A stretch of DNA of 64,000 bases from the NCBI GenBank assembly GCA_946965045.2, contig OX337228.1, positions 6,138,001-6,202,000 of the forward strand. Reading direction: 5' to 3'. Position 1 is the first letter of the stretch. Each line of letters starts with the position of its first letter. The DNA comes from Epithemia pelagica. Taxonomy: Eukaryota; Protista; Bacillariophyta. Below are positions 20,998-33,070 of this stretch, piece after piece. Position numbers and translations under genes: made by a program. The notes below the pieces were generated by a model, which made no database searches, was not told the DNA's origin, and saw nothing but the letters and a program-made list of their open reading frames with translations.

Positions 20998-21206
20998 TCC
21001 ACTGGAGGAGGTTGGGGAGTCTTGGTCGTCAGCCGTGTTGGAGCTGGAGTCAGGGAGAAGCTAAATAGCTTCAGCGCGCAAAGCGGTCGGGTAGACGCAA
21101 TAATCCACCAGAGCTAGTAGAAGGGACAAGCTCGATGTCTTGTCCTTGGGATCGATCGACAGATAAAAGCGTAGGGTTCGTCAGCCTCTGTTTGGGCTCG
21201 ATACTC

Positions 21207-21918
21207 AGTTAGAGGTGGGTAAAAAGCTAACTCCAGACGATAGAGTTAGATACAGTAGTTTCTCTAGGTCAACCTATATGCACAATAGACGATGGGGCCC
21301 TCACCTTCTATCAGCGTAATAGGTCGACTCCTCCGTTACAAAACAAGTTCGGTTATCAAACTGGATGTTTATAAAGAAGTGAGATTAAACTAAAGATTGT
21401 GTTTTTCATCTTGAGATGGTTTGGCTCCTCTCGGATCGTTCGGTCATCATCCCCCAAAATCTAGTCGTACATGAGGAACGAATTCCTTACTTCAGTGGAC
21501 AAGTACTATGGAGCTACGATTAGGGACTAATAGAACTTGTTCTACTCCATAGAGGAATGTGTTCCATCTTGGGTTGGATCTCCTGTTGATGAAGATCAAG
21601 TTCTATTCTCGAGGATCACGTTCTTTTCTCGATCCTCGATTTATGTAGCCCTTACTTCCGAGTGTAGCTCGTCCAGCGTACATCTCTTCCGAATAGTAGG
21701 GGGCACAGTTATGCTTATCCACAAATTCCTGTTGCGGGTCCGTCTGTCCGTTCAATCGGCCTACTTCTATTTAAGTACACGTAATGAATCTTGGATACAC
21801 GTCAAGGTTTGTGATACAGCGGTTTGTAACAGATGTCTCAAACCTGGACGATAAACTAGGTGTGCTTGCTGGACTAGTTGATCGGATACAGACGTTGTAG
21901 AATAGCTATGTCTTAACT
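21207..21918 (-). repeat. 5' LTR (712 bp), termini AGTTA...TAACT
   Basis: Direct repeat of 11569-12284. Flanking bases diverge exactly at the stated boundaries. Confidence 0.96.
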
Positions 21919-21923
21919 ACGAG
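21919..21923. repeat. Right target-site duplication ACGAG
   Basis: Identical to 11564-11568. Confidence 0.95.
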
Positions 21924-22643
21924 CGAGGTGCACCGTCCGCACTCCGCACGACAATCAATCAGACGCCGTTCATTTTTCTTGCTTGGCTTTCCTCATGAGA
22001 GATGACAGCATCATCCATGATAGGATCTTCCACGGTTCTGTGAGTTGTACAAAGGTCGAATGGGTTGTGGGCAGGACAACGTCGTGTTGAGAGAATCAAA
22101 GATTGTGAGTACTCGTCTTTCGGTCAAGTGATTGACGAGAATGATTTGGCCAGAACTTTCTGAACTGCGCTTGTCAACTTTTCTCATGGCAAAATGTCAG
22201 GAAAAGATTGTTTCGTATGCTGACTCCTTAGTTCGATAGGAAGAGTATGACTCAGATTAAAAAGAAAAGAGAGTTTGGATTGTTATTTTGATTAGATTGG
22301 TAAATCAGTTTGTCTAACATGTGTTGGATTCTCTTTTATTGTAGCCGCGAGTCTCTAACGACCGGAAATGAGTTGGTGCTATTTTTGTGCAATTGGCCGT
22401 CTCCTCCCCAACCAATAGTTTCTCGGTGTTGATTTCGTCGGCGCGAATCGGAGGACTCGGCCGTCTAGCAATTGGGAATTGGGAAGCGTTCTTTGCCTGT
22501 TTGGTCATTGTGAGACGAGAACACGTATTACTCTCTGTAGCTGTAGCAGCAGACTGTAACGGTTGCAGATGTAACCAAAGAAGACTCAATCCACTTGTAT
22601 CTTCCCTGCGCTACACACACATCCAGTTGAACTGCCGTCTCCT

Positions 22644-23288
22644 TTAGACAAGTTGTTGAACCCATTGTTTGAAGTATCCAAACCATTGTTCGTCCCACGA
22701 TTGGCCTGTGATGAATTCGTTAAAAACTTGTATAGTCAATGCGAGCATGGCCAATCTCCCATTTTCTAGCTCTGCAATCAGTTTTGATTCATTCAATCCC
22801 TTGTCTCGCAATCCGAAATATCCAGTTCCATAGTCACCGGGCATGGCAACTTCATCGCGTTGCACAAAGACGACCGTTTCCAGTATACCACATGCAATGA
22901 CTACTGTTAGTAACTCCCCAACGCCCGAGTTTGATATACTTGTGATGACTCCTCCCTTGAGAGCAAGCTTCGTATCTGGATCTATGAGAGAGGTCGTGCG
23001 CACAATGGGGATGACCATTGTTTCGAGGACTGCCAGCATTGCAACTCGTCCATGTTTGAGCTCAGCCTCTCGGAAACGAGCAAAGTTGTTTTCGTTGGCG
23101 AGTTGAAGGGGATCAAAAAAGAAATTGGGATATTTCGTCGTCCCAAACACAAGCGAAAGCGTGGGACTGCAACCAAGTTCTTGTGAAATCAATGGAGGAC
23201 GAAAACTTGATGCTTCCTTGACAAGGAGACTGCTAAAACGTAGCAGCCACAAGAAACAATGATGTGTTGAGGTGATGGAACGCCGCAT
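22644..23288 (-). CDS. Light-harvesting complex (fucoxanthin-chlorophyll a/c binding family) protein, divergent
   Basis: FFFDPLQL, FREAELKHGRVAMLA, PGDYG and AELENGRLAMLA helix motifs. N-terminal leader with ASSF. Confidence 0.9.
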   Translation of the reverse strand: MRRSITSTHHCFLWLLRFSSLLVKEASSFRPPLISQELGCSPTLSLVFGTTKYPNFFFDPLQLANENNFARFREAELKHGRVAMLAVLETMVIPIVRTTSLIDPDTKLALKGGVITSISNSGVGELLTVVIACGILETVVFVQRDEVAMPGDYGTGYFGLRDKGLNESKLIAELENGRLAMLALTIQVFNEFITGQSWDEQWFGYFKQWVQQLV

Positions 23289-23508
23289 GATGTTGTGTTG
23301 AGATAGAACCTTTTAGGGCACCCATCAATCTCAACGATCCAAGGGAGATCTTGTGACGGAAAGGACGATGTCGCATAAGATCGCTCGTAGGTCGCGTCGC
23401 GCTCGTAGATTATCTTCTGCGACCAAAAACCATCGGCTTCTTTCCGAAGCGAGAAAGAAGAAAAACAGAACTCAAAAAATACTGCCACCATTTTACCGAA
23501 GAACCACC

Positions 23509-24783
23509 ATGGCGATCTTGTCATTGTTACGGCGGAGTGTCACGACTCTGAAACATGTCACGCAAAAGACAACTTCATGCCGTACGATTTCATCAGGCCA
23601 ACTTTCCATTGAACGTCAAACGGATGATACTAGATTCGAAAGTCGTCCACCCAAGGAGGAACTCCTCTTTGGCACTACCATGTCCGATCATATGTTGGTG
23701 ACAGAATGGAATCAAGATTCAGAATGGTCGTCACCGAGCATAGTTCCGTACCAGGATCTGAAACTCAGCCCTGCCTCGAGTTGTCTACATTATGGTAAAT
23801 GAACAACACCTGTTTTCCGTGTACTATATACCATATGTTTTGCTTACAAATGAATCTTTCTCTGATCCTCTGCCGACCAAGGACTTCAATGTTTCGAAGG
23901 CATGAAAGCATACAAGACACTGTCTGACCAATCGATAAGATTGTTTCGACCTGAGATGAATATGAAGCGGTTGAAATCGTCAATGTCTCGTCTGAATATG
24001 CCAGGATACGATTTTAATTCCAACGAACTGATATCTTGTATCTCCGAACTTGTTAAGGTGGACGAAAAGTGGATTCCAGAAGGAGAAGGATACTCGCTCT
24101 ACATTCGACCCACAGTGATTGCCACCAATCGGTTTCTGGGTCTTGCAGCTCCAACGTCTTTGCTCATGTTCATTATCACATGCCCTGTTGGCCCTTATTA
24201 CAAAACTGGTTTTCAGCCAGTTCGATTGACAGCTGATTCTTCTTATATTCGAGCGTGGCCAGGTGGTACAGGTAATGCCAAGGTTGGTGGGAACTACGCC
24301 CCAACAATGATAGCTCAGTCGGAGGCAGCAAGCTCTGGATATGCTCAGAACTTGTGGCTTTTTGGACCAAACGAAGAAATCACTGAGGTGGGTTCCATGA
24401 ATGTCTTCTTCTTCATTCTCAATAAGACAACCGGAAGGCCTGAATTGATCACGGCGCCTTTGGATCGGGGTGACATCTTGCCTGGCGTAACACGCGATTC
24501 GATCTTGTACTTGGCTCGTGAGTGGGGCGATGACATGGACGTCTCTGAACGTTCTCTTACGATGGCAGAGCTAACAGAAGCAGCTGGCGATGGTCGCTTA
24601 CTTGAAGCCTTTGGTGCGGGAACTGCGGCTGTGGTTTCTCCCATCTCTTGCATTCGCTACAAAGGCAAAGACATTGAAATTCCGGCCACCGGAGAACTCA
24701 CGAAGCGCCTATGGAATGAAATTACTTCTATTCAGTATGGGAAAATCGAAGGACCTGAAGGATGGTCATATCCAGTGGTCTAG
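23509..24783 (+). CDS. BCAT: Branched-chain amino acid aminotransferase, probably mitochondrial; intron 23795-23881
   Basis: Spliced LHYG|LQCFEGMKAY, LYIRP, KVGGNY, EVGSMN, ILPGVTRDS, FGAGTAAVVSP. Basic, hydroxylated N-terminal leader. Confidence 0.95.
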
Positions 24784-25040
24784 AGGGTTACATCCAAAGA
24801 AAATGTGATGAACCGACAGGTAATCCGAAGCATAATAGGTACTCCAATCTCCAAGAGATACTCCAACGATATACAATACCAACCCTGGAGTATCCAGATA
24901 TCCGTAGTAAGCGTAGGTAGACCGTTGGGTGGACCCCTTTCTCATTCAACTCTACCCCCGTTTCATCCCCCTGAACCCCCCCCCCAACTACTTTCTTTCA
25001 ACTTCAAAGACAATTTCGCCGATTGAACACGTCTCCCACC

Positions 25041-26051
25041 ATGATCTTTTCCCCTCCGTGTCGTTCGCGTCTAGGTGTACAGGAAGCGCGTACAATCCAG
25101 TTGGTGATCTTGCTTGCGTCTCTATCAGTTGCTTTCTCCTTTGCCTTCCACGTGACAACGACATCGAAATCGACACTGAGACTCTCTTCTCTGTTTTTGT
25201 CGCAATCAAGAGGACATGCCGATCCTTTTGAAGACGCGCAGCAAAATACCGGAATAGTTGCCGATTTCCCAACTAGAAGAAGGAGTTTGGTATCAATATC
25301 TTCATTTCTTATCGTGACCGGAATTCGGTCGGCATCCTGGGCGGATGATGGTGCACAAGATATGACAAGTGCCATGTTCAATTCAGATGGATCCCTGAAG
25401 GATGGAGTGGAGAGTGAGGCAAAATTTCAAAACGTCCAATTCACATGGGACGCATCATCATCATCGCTAGACAGCTATATTATAAATGTCGATGGATCGG
25501 ACACGACGGCTGCCCCAAAGAGTGCATCCGATTTAAGTGTTCGCGTTTCGTATCAGTTGCCCGTCAAATGGAGGGGCCCTTCGGGGAGCAACGACAAAAA
25601 CCTTTACCAAGACATGACTGTACAAAAGGATGACGGAGAAATCACTAAGGCGTTGACAAGAATCACTGTGTATCAGTCGCCAGGTCTGGTGGAAGAGAAT
25701 CGACTGGAAAAGGCTGCCTCCTTTGGAATTGCAAAATCTTTGAACGTGATTCCAGACCTGTCTCCTCTTCAATCGGCAGATTTCGTTGGGGGACGTACCA
25801 GATCTCTTGGTGGAGAGAAAGACGGGAAGGTCTTTGAGTTCGACCTTGCCGTCGCACCAAAAAGTTGTGAGAGTGATTCAAAAGACAATCTCCGTCTTGG
25901 CTTTTGTCCCTTTGATACAATTTATCTACTTTCCGCAACGGTTGTGAAACAAAGACTCTACGTGTTTGCTCTGGAATGCAGCAAAGACCAGTGGAAAATG
26001 AACAGTTCTGATCTTCGAAAGGTCCGTTCAAGTTTCCTTGTATCGCCATAG
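25041..26051 (+). CDS. Plastid thylakoid-lumen PsbP-like protein
   Basis: Signal peptide (VILLASLSVAFSFAF), twin-Arg lumenal leader (TRRRSLV...SASWA), PsbP-type C-terminus (LLSATVVKQRLYVFALEC...W...VRSSFLV). Confidence 0.7.
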   Translation: MIFSPPCRSRLGVQEARTIQLVILLASLSVAFSFAFHVTTTSKSTLRLSSLFLSQSRGHADPFEDAQQNTGIVADFPTRRRSLVSISSFLIVTGIRSASWADDGAQDMTSAMFNSDGSLKDGVESEAKFQNVQFTWDASSSSLDSYIINVDGSDTTAAPKSASDLSVRVSYQLPVKWRGPSGSNDKNLYQDMTVQKDDGEITKALTRITVYQSPGLVEENRLEKAASFGIAKSLNVIPDLSPLQSADFVGGRTRSLGGEKDGKVFEFDLAVAPKSCESDSKDNLRLGFCPFDTIYLLSATVVKQRLYVFALECSKDQWKMNSSDLRKVRSSFLVSP

Positions 26052-26306
26052 TGGACATTCAGTAGTTCTTTTTCCTCTCTACACGTACTCTCAACTCAAC
26101 ACCGATATCTTGATTGTGCCTATGCATACGCGCACGGCTGAGTAGATGTTATAGTTAGTTCGTGAAGAGATAATTGGAAATAGAATCATGGGAAACTTGG
26201 AGAAATAGGGTAGAATATGGACAAAAAGAACATGGAGAATAGACTGGTGTACTTTATTGCAAGGAGCGTTGCCCGTTCATTTCATAGGGGGCTCCGCACA
26301 ATGGGA

Positions 26307-27684
26307 TCACAGAAACTGGCACTCCATTTTATGTCGGCCAGATCTCCAATCATACACTTGACACAACTTGGAACAATACTTTGCACGACAGCATCGACTA
26401 CACATTTTCATTCGAGATACACGGATATCAAGAGATTGGGGCGTCTTTGTTGGTGGTGGTCCAACAGAAGCTTCACTAGCCATTGAGTGCGCATCATTTA
26501 CTGGCGAAACACTCAACTCACTATGTGACAACCCGACATTGGTCTCGCCCGACAAATGATCTGCCGGTAACCCATCCGGTTGTTGTTGCAAAGAAAGCGC
26601 TGCTGCCCGTAGATGTGCGGCATGGCGGCGCTGACGAAAGTTACGAATTCCTGGGGGAGCAGTCGTGGCGGCCTTGAACGCCCATCTCCCGCAAAGCGGA
26701 TTCCAGCAATGGCTTGTACTGAATTCTCTAAGATCCGTGGATTTGACGTAGTGGCGACTCAAGAGACGATTCAGACACAAAGGATCAAGATGGCGTCGGA
26801 GCTCCTCCGCCTTTGGTTCTCCGTACTGCGCCTTCATTTGACGGGGCGACAGAACTTCTTGAAGAGCCGGGATATATCCAGCGTTTGCTGCATTCGTCAT
26901 CTGGTCGGACGCTTCTTTCGGATGAGAGTCACGCAACACCAGTCCCAAAGCGTATGAGGCCCGTACGTAACCTTGTGATGAAGCCGCCCGGAGCAAGTTA
27001 ATACCACACTCGACATCTTGATTACAGTAGCTTTTAATAATTCCAAGCCTGAGCGACCATGTGAGAACTTTGCAGGCGAGACGGATTTCCAATCTGATTA
27101 AAAGAGACTTACATGTAAATAGCTTCCAAATTTCCGGCGAGAGCAAATGGAGCCAGGTTTTCGGACGCAGCTTCTGGTGTGTCCTTCTCCGTTATGATAC
27201 CATTCAGTCCAGTCTCTTTGTCACCTCCAACTTGGATTCCAATCAACATTTCATCTGTATTGGAAATTCTACGAAACTGTTTACAGGTGCACTGCAAAGC
27301 ATGGCGATCCTCAACCCCTCCCAAGAACGACAGGCAATGCGAGAGCAAATCCTCTGGAAGGGAACTAAGTGAAGGCCCGTTCTTACTGGGCCTCTTAGGA
27401 ACATCACCTGTCTCTTCTTTCGGAAAAACGTTACCACTGGATTCTGCTGACAAACGTATCCTTTTCGCTGGCCGCGAATCCTCTAATTCAGTGTCCGGTT
27501 CGTCCGTGGGACCTAATGTCGACAGACGACTGCTGCCACCGTACCAGCGTTTGCGCCGTCGGTCCTCCCTACGTTTTATCCCTCTCGTTTCCTCCCCCTC
27601 CTCAGATTCCCCTTCATCCGTTTGACCAAATAGTCCCATTGTCAAGTTGGAGAAGAAAGAATCCATACCCATTCTGAACTGCAT
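26307..27684 (-). CDS. F-box / Sel1-like / MYND zinc-finger protein; intron 27049-27112
   Basis: F-box LSSLPEDLLSHCLSFL; spliced IYM|LGIIKSYC; Sel1-like ASYALGL; C-terminal MYND CSRCCRAKYCSKLCQVYDWRSGRHKMEC. Start codon could be 27684, 27672 or 27666. Confidence 0.85.
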
Positions 27685-29294
27685 CAGGCCTTTTTCTTCC
27701 TGTAAACAGAATGAGAGGGGGCACCATGCGATTGTGATTTGTGATAGCCCGGACCAGTGACCGCTGAGGCCTGAATGAACTACGAAGAGTCCACGAACAG
27801 ACAGACACCCAAACAAAACCCAAACCCAAACCCCAAACGTTCTGTTTCAACAATTCGAGCTATACGAAAATTCCGACTACATCTTTATGTATCAGTGTGA
27901 AGAAATATGTACTCGAAGAGCACCAGCCTTTCCAAATTCCAAGCGATTGCGATTGCGTGTGACCGCCTAAAATCGGAATAGCCCATAAATAAAACAGTCC
28001 GAGAATACACTGTAGGATACTCTGTACGACGGCTCACCTCGAGCGCGTCCATGGTCAGAGCCGGCGATCATCCTCAAAGCAAACAGATACAAAACCGGTA
28101 ATGCCGTTCGCTCAAACAGCAGCCAAAGAGAGCCAACGATCATCCGTTAGGCTTACCTAGAGTAGGTAGGTGTTTAGAATCAATCACCCAACGATCTCCA
28201 ACGATACTCTGGCGATGCGCATTCTAGAACCGTTTGAAAAGACAAGCGACAAGAGTGCACCTTTCTGTTAAAACTTGTCCTAGACAACATGACGGACATC
28301 GGTTGTGGAAAACGTTCCATGGAGTGGAACGAAAAGGAAGCGTACCTCGTCTTGCAATCGCCAAGAAAATGTAATCCTATATCGGATGTTGCCAAAGCTC
28401 CCCAGATAGGCCAATTCACAAAAGAGCGCGCATCCGAAGACATGAACCATGGGTAAAAATTTTCCTAGCATTGGTGTCGGAAATGACCCTGCCTAGCTGC
28501 ACACATGGATGGACGTAACAACAGACGGGAATGGCAAAGTGCGAATCTTTACTCTGATCTGCCTTGCAACGCTCCATGACTTTGAACATTCGCCAAGATG
28601 CTTTCTCGCTCCTTGCTTGGTTATTTGAGATTTGTTAGGTACTCCTAGTACTAATAGCATCTGGTCGAACAACACGTCGACTAGGAGTAGGTTTGTTCAA
28701 TCAAGGTCAAACATCACATGGGTGGGCAAGACAGTTTGAGTTTGTCTATTCATAAACGGAAACAAGATTTCGACTCGACTTCATTCTTCACTGAGCATTG
28801 AAAATGTTGAATCCACTATCGCCAATCGTCACGCCCGAACAATCTGTTATGACAACGTTCGATTGGTTTAGTTGAAAGATGGCCGCACTCGTGGTCGGCG
28901 AAGAGCAGAATTTTGGCATTCTCCCAACCACCACTTCGTCAATACAGGTAGCAGCATCCTCGGACTTGAGAGCCACAGAATTTTCGAAATAAAACAGCGT
29001 CCTGTAAGAGTCATAGAAGAAAGCCCTCCCCAATTGAAACAGCTTGTTGTGCGTTGTTAGTCTTTTTCGACTTTCGAAATGTCGATTTGCGACGTTGCCA
29101 TTTGTGCTATCTGCTGTGATTATTAATTCTTTCCATTCTAGAGCACATGGAATCTCGAGTTTCGATGATATGTAGGATATGGTGGCACTCTCACCCCTGC
29201 CACAATGAATTGGAACTGACTGCTCTTTGTTTGCCGTGGCAATTGATCCGGTTTGTTCAAAACACCATTTCGGCTGCATCGTCAACACAAATAA

Positions 29295-30170
29295 TTACAA
29301 TGCCGTCCCACGTTCCAAATTCTGTCGAATCTCGGCCGTTGCCTCGTCGTAGGTTCGATTGATTTTCTGGTTGAATCGTTTGTTGCGTTGGTTGATGTAA
29401 CTGACATCGCCATCGCCTTGTTCCATTTCTTTTTCCTTGCGTTTGAGTTCACGTTTTTGTTTCTTCTCAATCCGGCGATGCATTTCCTTTGCCATGGCAC
29501 GAGCTCCCTCTCGTTCGGCCGCGGCAGACAAGGAATTGTGGGAATCAGTTGTCGGATCAAAGGTCGACGTATTGTCATTCATGGGTCGTTGTTGTGACGG
29601 CAAACTCTGTAAATTGCGTTGATAATTGCGGAACTGCCCTTGTGGATTGTGATAATCATTGACCGAGAACTGATTCAAGGCTTCTTTCTCGGCAGCTTGT
29701 TGGGCATCGTGAAGGACGTGCGAGGCTACTTGTTGCGTGAGTGGATCCAACTTTGCCGCTTTGATTTTGGATTTCTTTGTAGTGGAAGCTCCCTGCTGTG
29801 CCCGTTGTCCTTCTTCTTGTACAGCTTGTTGATTCAAGGTTCGAGCCTGATTCATTTTTTGCTTCAACAATCGCAATCGATCTCGAATGCTCGATGAAGA
29901 AGTAGCGCCAAGATTGGATGTTTCAGCAGGTGTTTCGGATGATTCATCCCTTGTTTTGGTTTCGAGTTTGTCAGTAACTCGCCTTGATTCCGTGTCATGG
30001 TCGTTGTCATCCTCGTCGAGTTCGATTTCGTTGTCATCCTCCCCATTCATGGGCTTCTCTTCGCTATCACCCTTGACCGGGGGATTGCCGGAACTTTTAA
30101 AGCCTCCTTCTTCTCCTTGTGAGGGCTTTACAGCATCAGTCTCTGGATTCTTGATCGGTCGTTCATCCAT
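29295..30170 (-). CDS. SYF2: Pre-mRNA splicing factor SYF2
   Basis: C-terminus YINQRNKRFNQKINRTYDEATAEIRQNLERGTAL is the SYF2 signature. Likely ATG at 30170. Confidence 0.92.
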   Translation of the reverse strand: MDERPIKNPETDAVKPSQGEEGGFKSSGNPPVKGDSEEKPMNGEDDNEIELDEDDNDHDTESRRVTDKLETKTRDESSETPAETSNLGATSSSSIRDRLRLLKQKMNQARTLNQQAVQEEGQRAQQGASTTKKSKIKAAKLDPLTQQVASHVLHDAQQAAEKEALNQFSVNDYHNPQGQFRNYQRNLQSLPSQQRPMNDNTSTFDPTTDSHNSLSAAAEREGARAMAKEMHRRIEKKQKRELKRKEKEMEQGDGDVSYINQRNKRFNQKINRTYDEATAEIRQNLERGTAL

Positions 30171-31019
30171 GATAGCGTCGATTCCAGGATGAAGAATGGA
30201 GAATGGAGAGGAAGGACGAATTGTTAATCGTTGGTGGCAGAGGTTCCTTGACTCGAGTCCCGACACATCTCATCTCTGGACTCAATGGTAGCGCGCCCGT
30301 CCGCCTTCTACCAAGTGGAGAAAGAAAGCCGAGCGCGCAACTTCTCCATCCAACACACCGTAACGAATAAGTAGCCAACGTTCCTATCTTTCGTCCATCC
30401 GCGTCCAATAGTTTTAGTCTTGTGAGATATTAGATAGAGGAATGCACGTGCAAGGCATTGGACATTTTCTGCGGAACATAACAGCCCCAATCTACAACAC
30501 TAAGGAAACGAACCTGAATGCCATAAGTGTTTTCTCTAGTATGTATTCGTTCCTCATTCATGTGGATTTAAGACATCGGCTCGCCAGATAGCGAGAAAGG
30601 GCGACATCGACCAAAGTGGACGGGCTCGGTCGTTTGGGCGTGCTAAATTTTGCGGGCTTTTTTCGGTTGGTGTTCGATTGGGAGAAATGAGATAAAGAAC
30701 CTCACTCACTCCATCCACGTTCCAGGTTCCGGCACTACCAAAGAGAGAAAGAAAGACGCAACCAAAGGACCACTTGGCGCTCGAGGTGGAGATGAACCAA
30801 GGCCTCTTGTCTTGAATTTGTTGTTGTTTTGCTTCAGCTGTTTCATTCAAGTCGATTGATTCGTCGTTTCCATTGGGTGCAGTTCCTCCCCATTGCTACA
30901 GAAATTGTGAGAAAAGTCCATTCGATTGAGGCAATCTGTAGTGTGGCCTCGTTTCGTGAGCAACGGCCAAGTTCGACTTCCACCAAGCGACAACATACAT
31001 ACATTAGAAATTCGAAAGT

Positions 31020-33070
31020 ATGGGCAATGCGGATTCAAAAGGAGGCAAACCGGTGGATGTGTCCATGATGGACCCCATAGGCGGCGACTCGGGCGGAGAT
31101 GGTTATGGGGACACCAATGGCTTTGAGGAAAAGAAGGAAGATCACTACACGGGTCACAAGAGTCGAAAAGGCTCCAAAAACGGGGGCCGATCCAAGACCA
31201 TGGCCAATGGCAAAGATATTTGGAACTCGATTGGTGCCGAAGGAGATTTGGCGGCTGCGGAGGATCAAGTGCATGTCAATTTGGCCATGGCCGATCTCAT
31301 GGCCTATTTGCAAGTGGTTGCCAACAATTCCAACCATCTACCGTTGACCAGACGTGATGACCCTGAGTTGGATCGCAGCGTCAGTCAGCTCAGTGCGGAA
31401 GACTATGCCCGAAAATCGGCAGCCTTTGTTCCCTCCGACGTGCGCGTGATTGGAGGAGTCTTTACGCGCTATGGAAGAGTCTGGGATTTACCCAACAGTT
31501 CGGTAAGTTTTTGATGGGACAGCGATGCAAACAAAACATCTTATGTTCTCTCATGTCTCATTTGATGGTTGCTTACTGGTATCGTTAGGAATATAATGCC
31601 TGCGATGGCGCTCACGAACCAGGCCGTTCCTATGGAGGTGCGTGTGCCAACGCCTTGCTCAAGGTGGTCTACGATGCTGCCAGTGAAGTGGCCGATGCGG
31701 CGCAAAACGATGCAGCCGCGGCTTCCTTGTTTGAAGACGATGATGAGAATGACGCGGACAACTTTTCGATTACGCAAAAATCTGTCCGATCGGGCTACAG
31801 TTTGGACTGCACTCAACCCAATCCCACAACCATTACCTGGGCAGAACTCCTTCGAAAAATGAAGGCTGAAATGAAAGAGATTGAGTACGCACAATATCCG
31901 AAGATCACAACCACTAGAAAGATTGATCTCTCGAAACCATTCTCGCTCGTACCAGAGGACTTTGACTTTGGAACGGGACAGAAACGTGCCCTCCTGATTG
32001 GCTGCAACTACACAAACATGAACGACGCGTTGCTCAAAGCCAGCCATGATGATGTGCGATCAATGAAGGTAGGTTTGAATCTTGGTCGCATCAGGATTAT
32101 TTTCCCCGCACGTTACATGTATTGACTCACTTTTTGTCTGTTCTCGTTCCAGGACTACATTGTCAACGTTCACGGATTTTCAGAGTCGGAGGATCTTATG
32201 ACAGTTCTCCTTGACGACGGTGATCACAAGCACCCAACGTTCAAAAACATTACTGAGGCATTTAAAGCGCTGTCGGAACAAGCTCAACCAGGTGATGCTG
32301 TTTTTGTCCAATTTTCGGGTCATGGAGGTCGAATCTTGGACACGGACGTCGAGGACGCCTCCTATGACGAAGTTTTGGTACCCACCGACTACATTGAGTC
32401 CGGATTGGTCCGAGATACACTCATCTTCAAAACACTGTTGGCACCCATGCGATATGGTGTCACAGTGACCATTGTTATGGATTGTTGTGACAATGGAATG
32501 TTACTAGAGCTTCCCTATTCTTGGTCGACGAAATCGGATCGACATCAACGGGAGAGTTCCGCTAAACTTTCAATCAACGATGACTTTTCTTTTGTCCGCT
32601 TCCTAAAGGTTGTGAAAACCTTGTATGAATCCTCAACCTTTACACAGCTTGGAAAGACTGTCGGTCACGCTCTACACGACAATGAAAATGAAGACGAATT
32701 TGGTCCGGAAGCAGATTTTGAGTCAGACCATGAAAAAGAAACTGCCATGGATGTATCACAAGACAAATCCTTGTTTGAAATGTTTGCCAAGGCGTGCAAT
32801 TTAAATACCAAAACAGAAAAACGACGCAAGAATGGTGCACTTGCTCCGAAAGAAACCATGCTGGATCAATTAATCAATAGCTGTAGTGTCTTTGCTCCGG
32901 ATGAGGGTGAGATAACGGACGAAGACACTCTTCGGACGGACACAGATGGAGGTTATTCGTACGATGAAGGAACGGCACACGAGGGCACGAACAGATCGTT
33001 TGATTCAATATCCGACGATGAATCCATGGACCGGAGAGGGCGACGAAACCACCGTACTCGACGGAAGTAG
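31020..33070 (+). CDS. Type III (p10-before-p20) metacaspase-like protein; introns 31503-31588 and 32069-32152
   Basis: p10-like GGACANALLK...TWAELL...QYPKITTTRKIDL precedes p20 KRALLIGCNY, FSGHGG, DEVLVPTD, DCCDNG. Both introns are phase 0 GT-AG and restore the frame. Confidence 0.88.

Larger units (their letters stand above)
11569..21918 (-). mobile_element. Full-length Ty1/Copia LTR retrotransposon (CoDi-like), 10,350 bp
   Basis: Two near-identical LTRs, 5-bp TSD, polypurine tract and Gag-PR-IN-RT-RNaseH domain order on the minus strand. Confidence 0.97.

Noticed and set aside
28180-29288. Minus-strand ORFs (166, 60, 63 and 87 aa) as a possible multi-exon gene
   Set aside because: No recognisable domain and no convincing in-frame splice path. 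It could be a real or pseudogenised gene but is unsupported here.
30554-30850. 98-aa minus-strand ORF divergent from the metacaspase
   Set aside because: No homology recognised. It may be UTR or promoter sequence.
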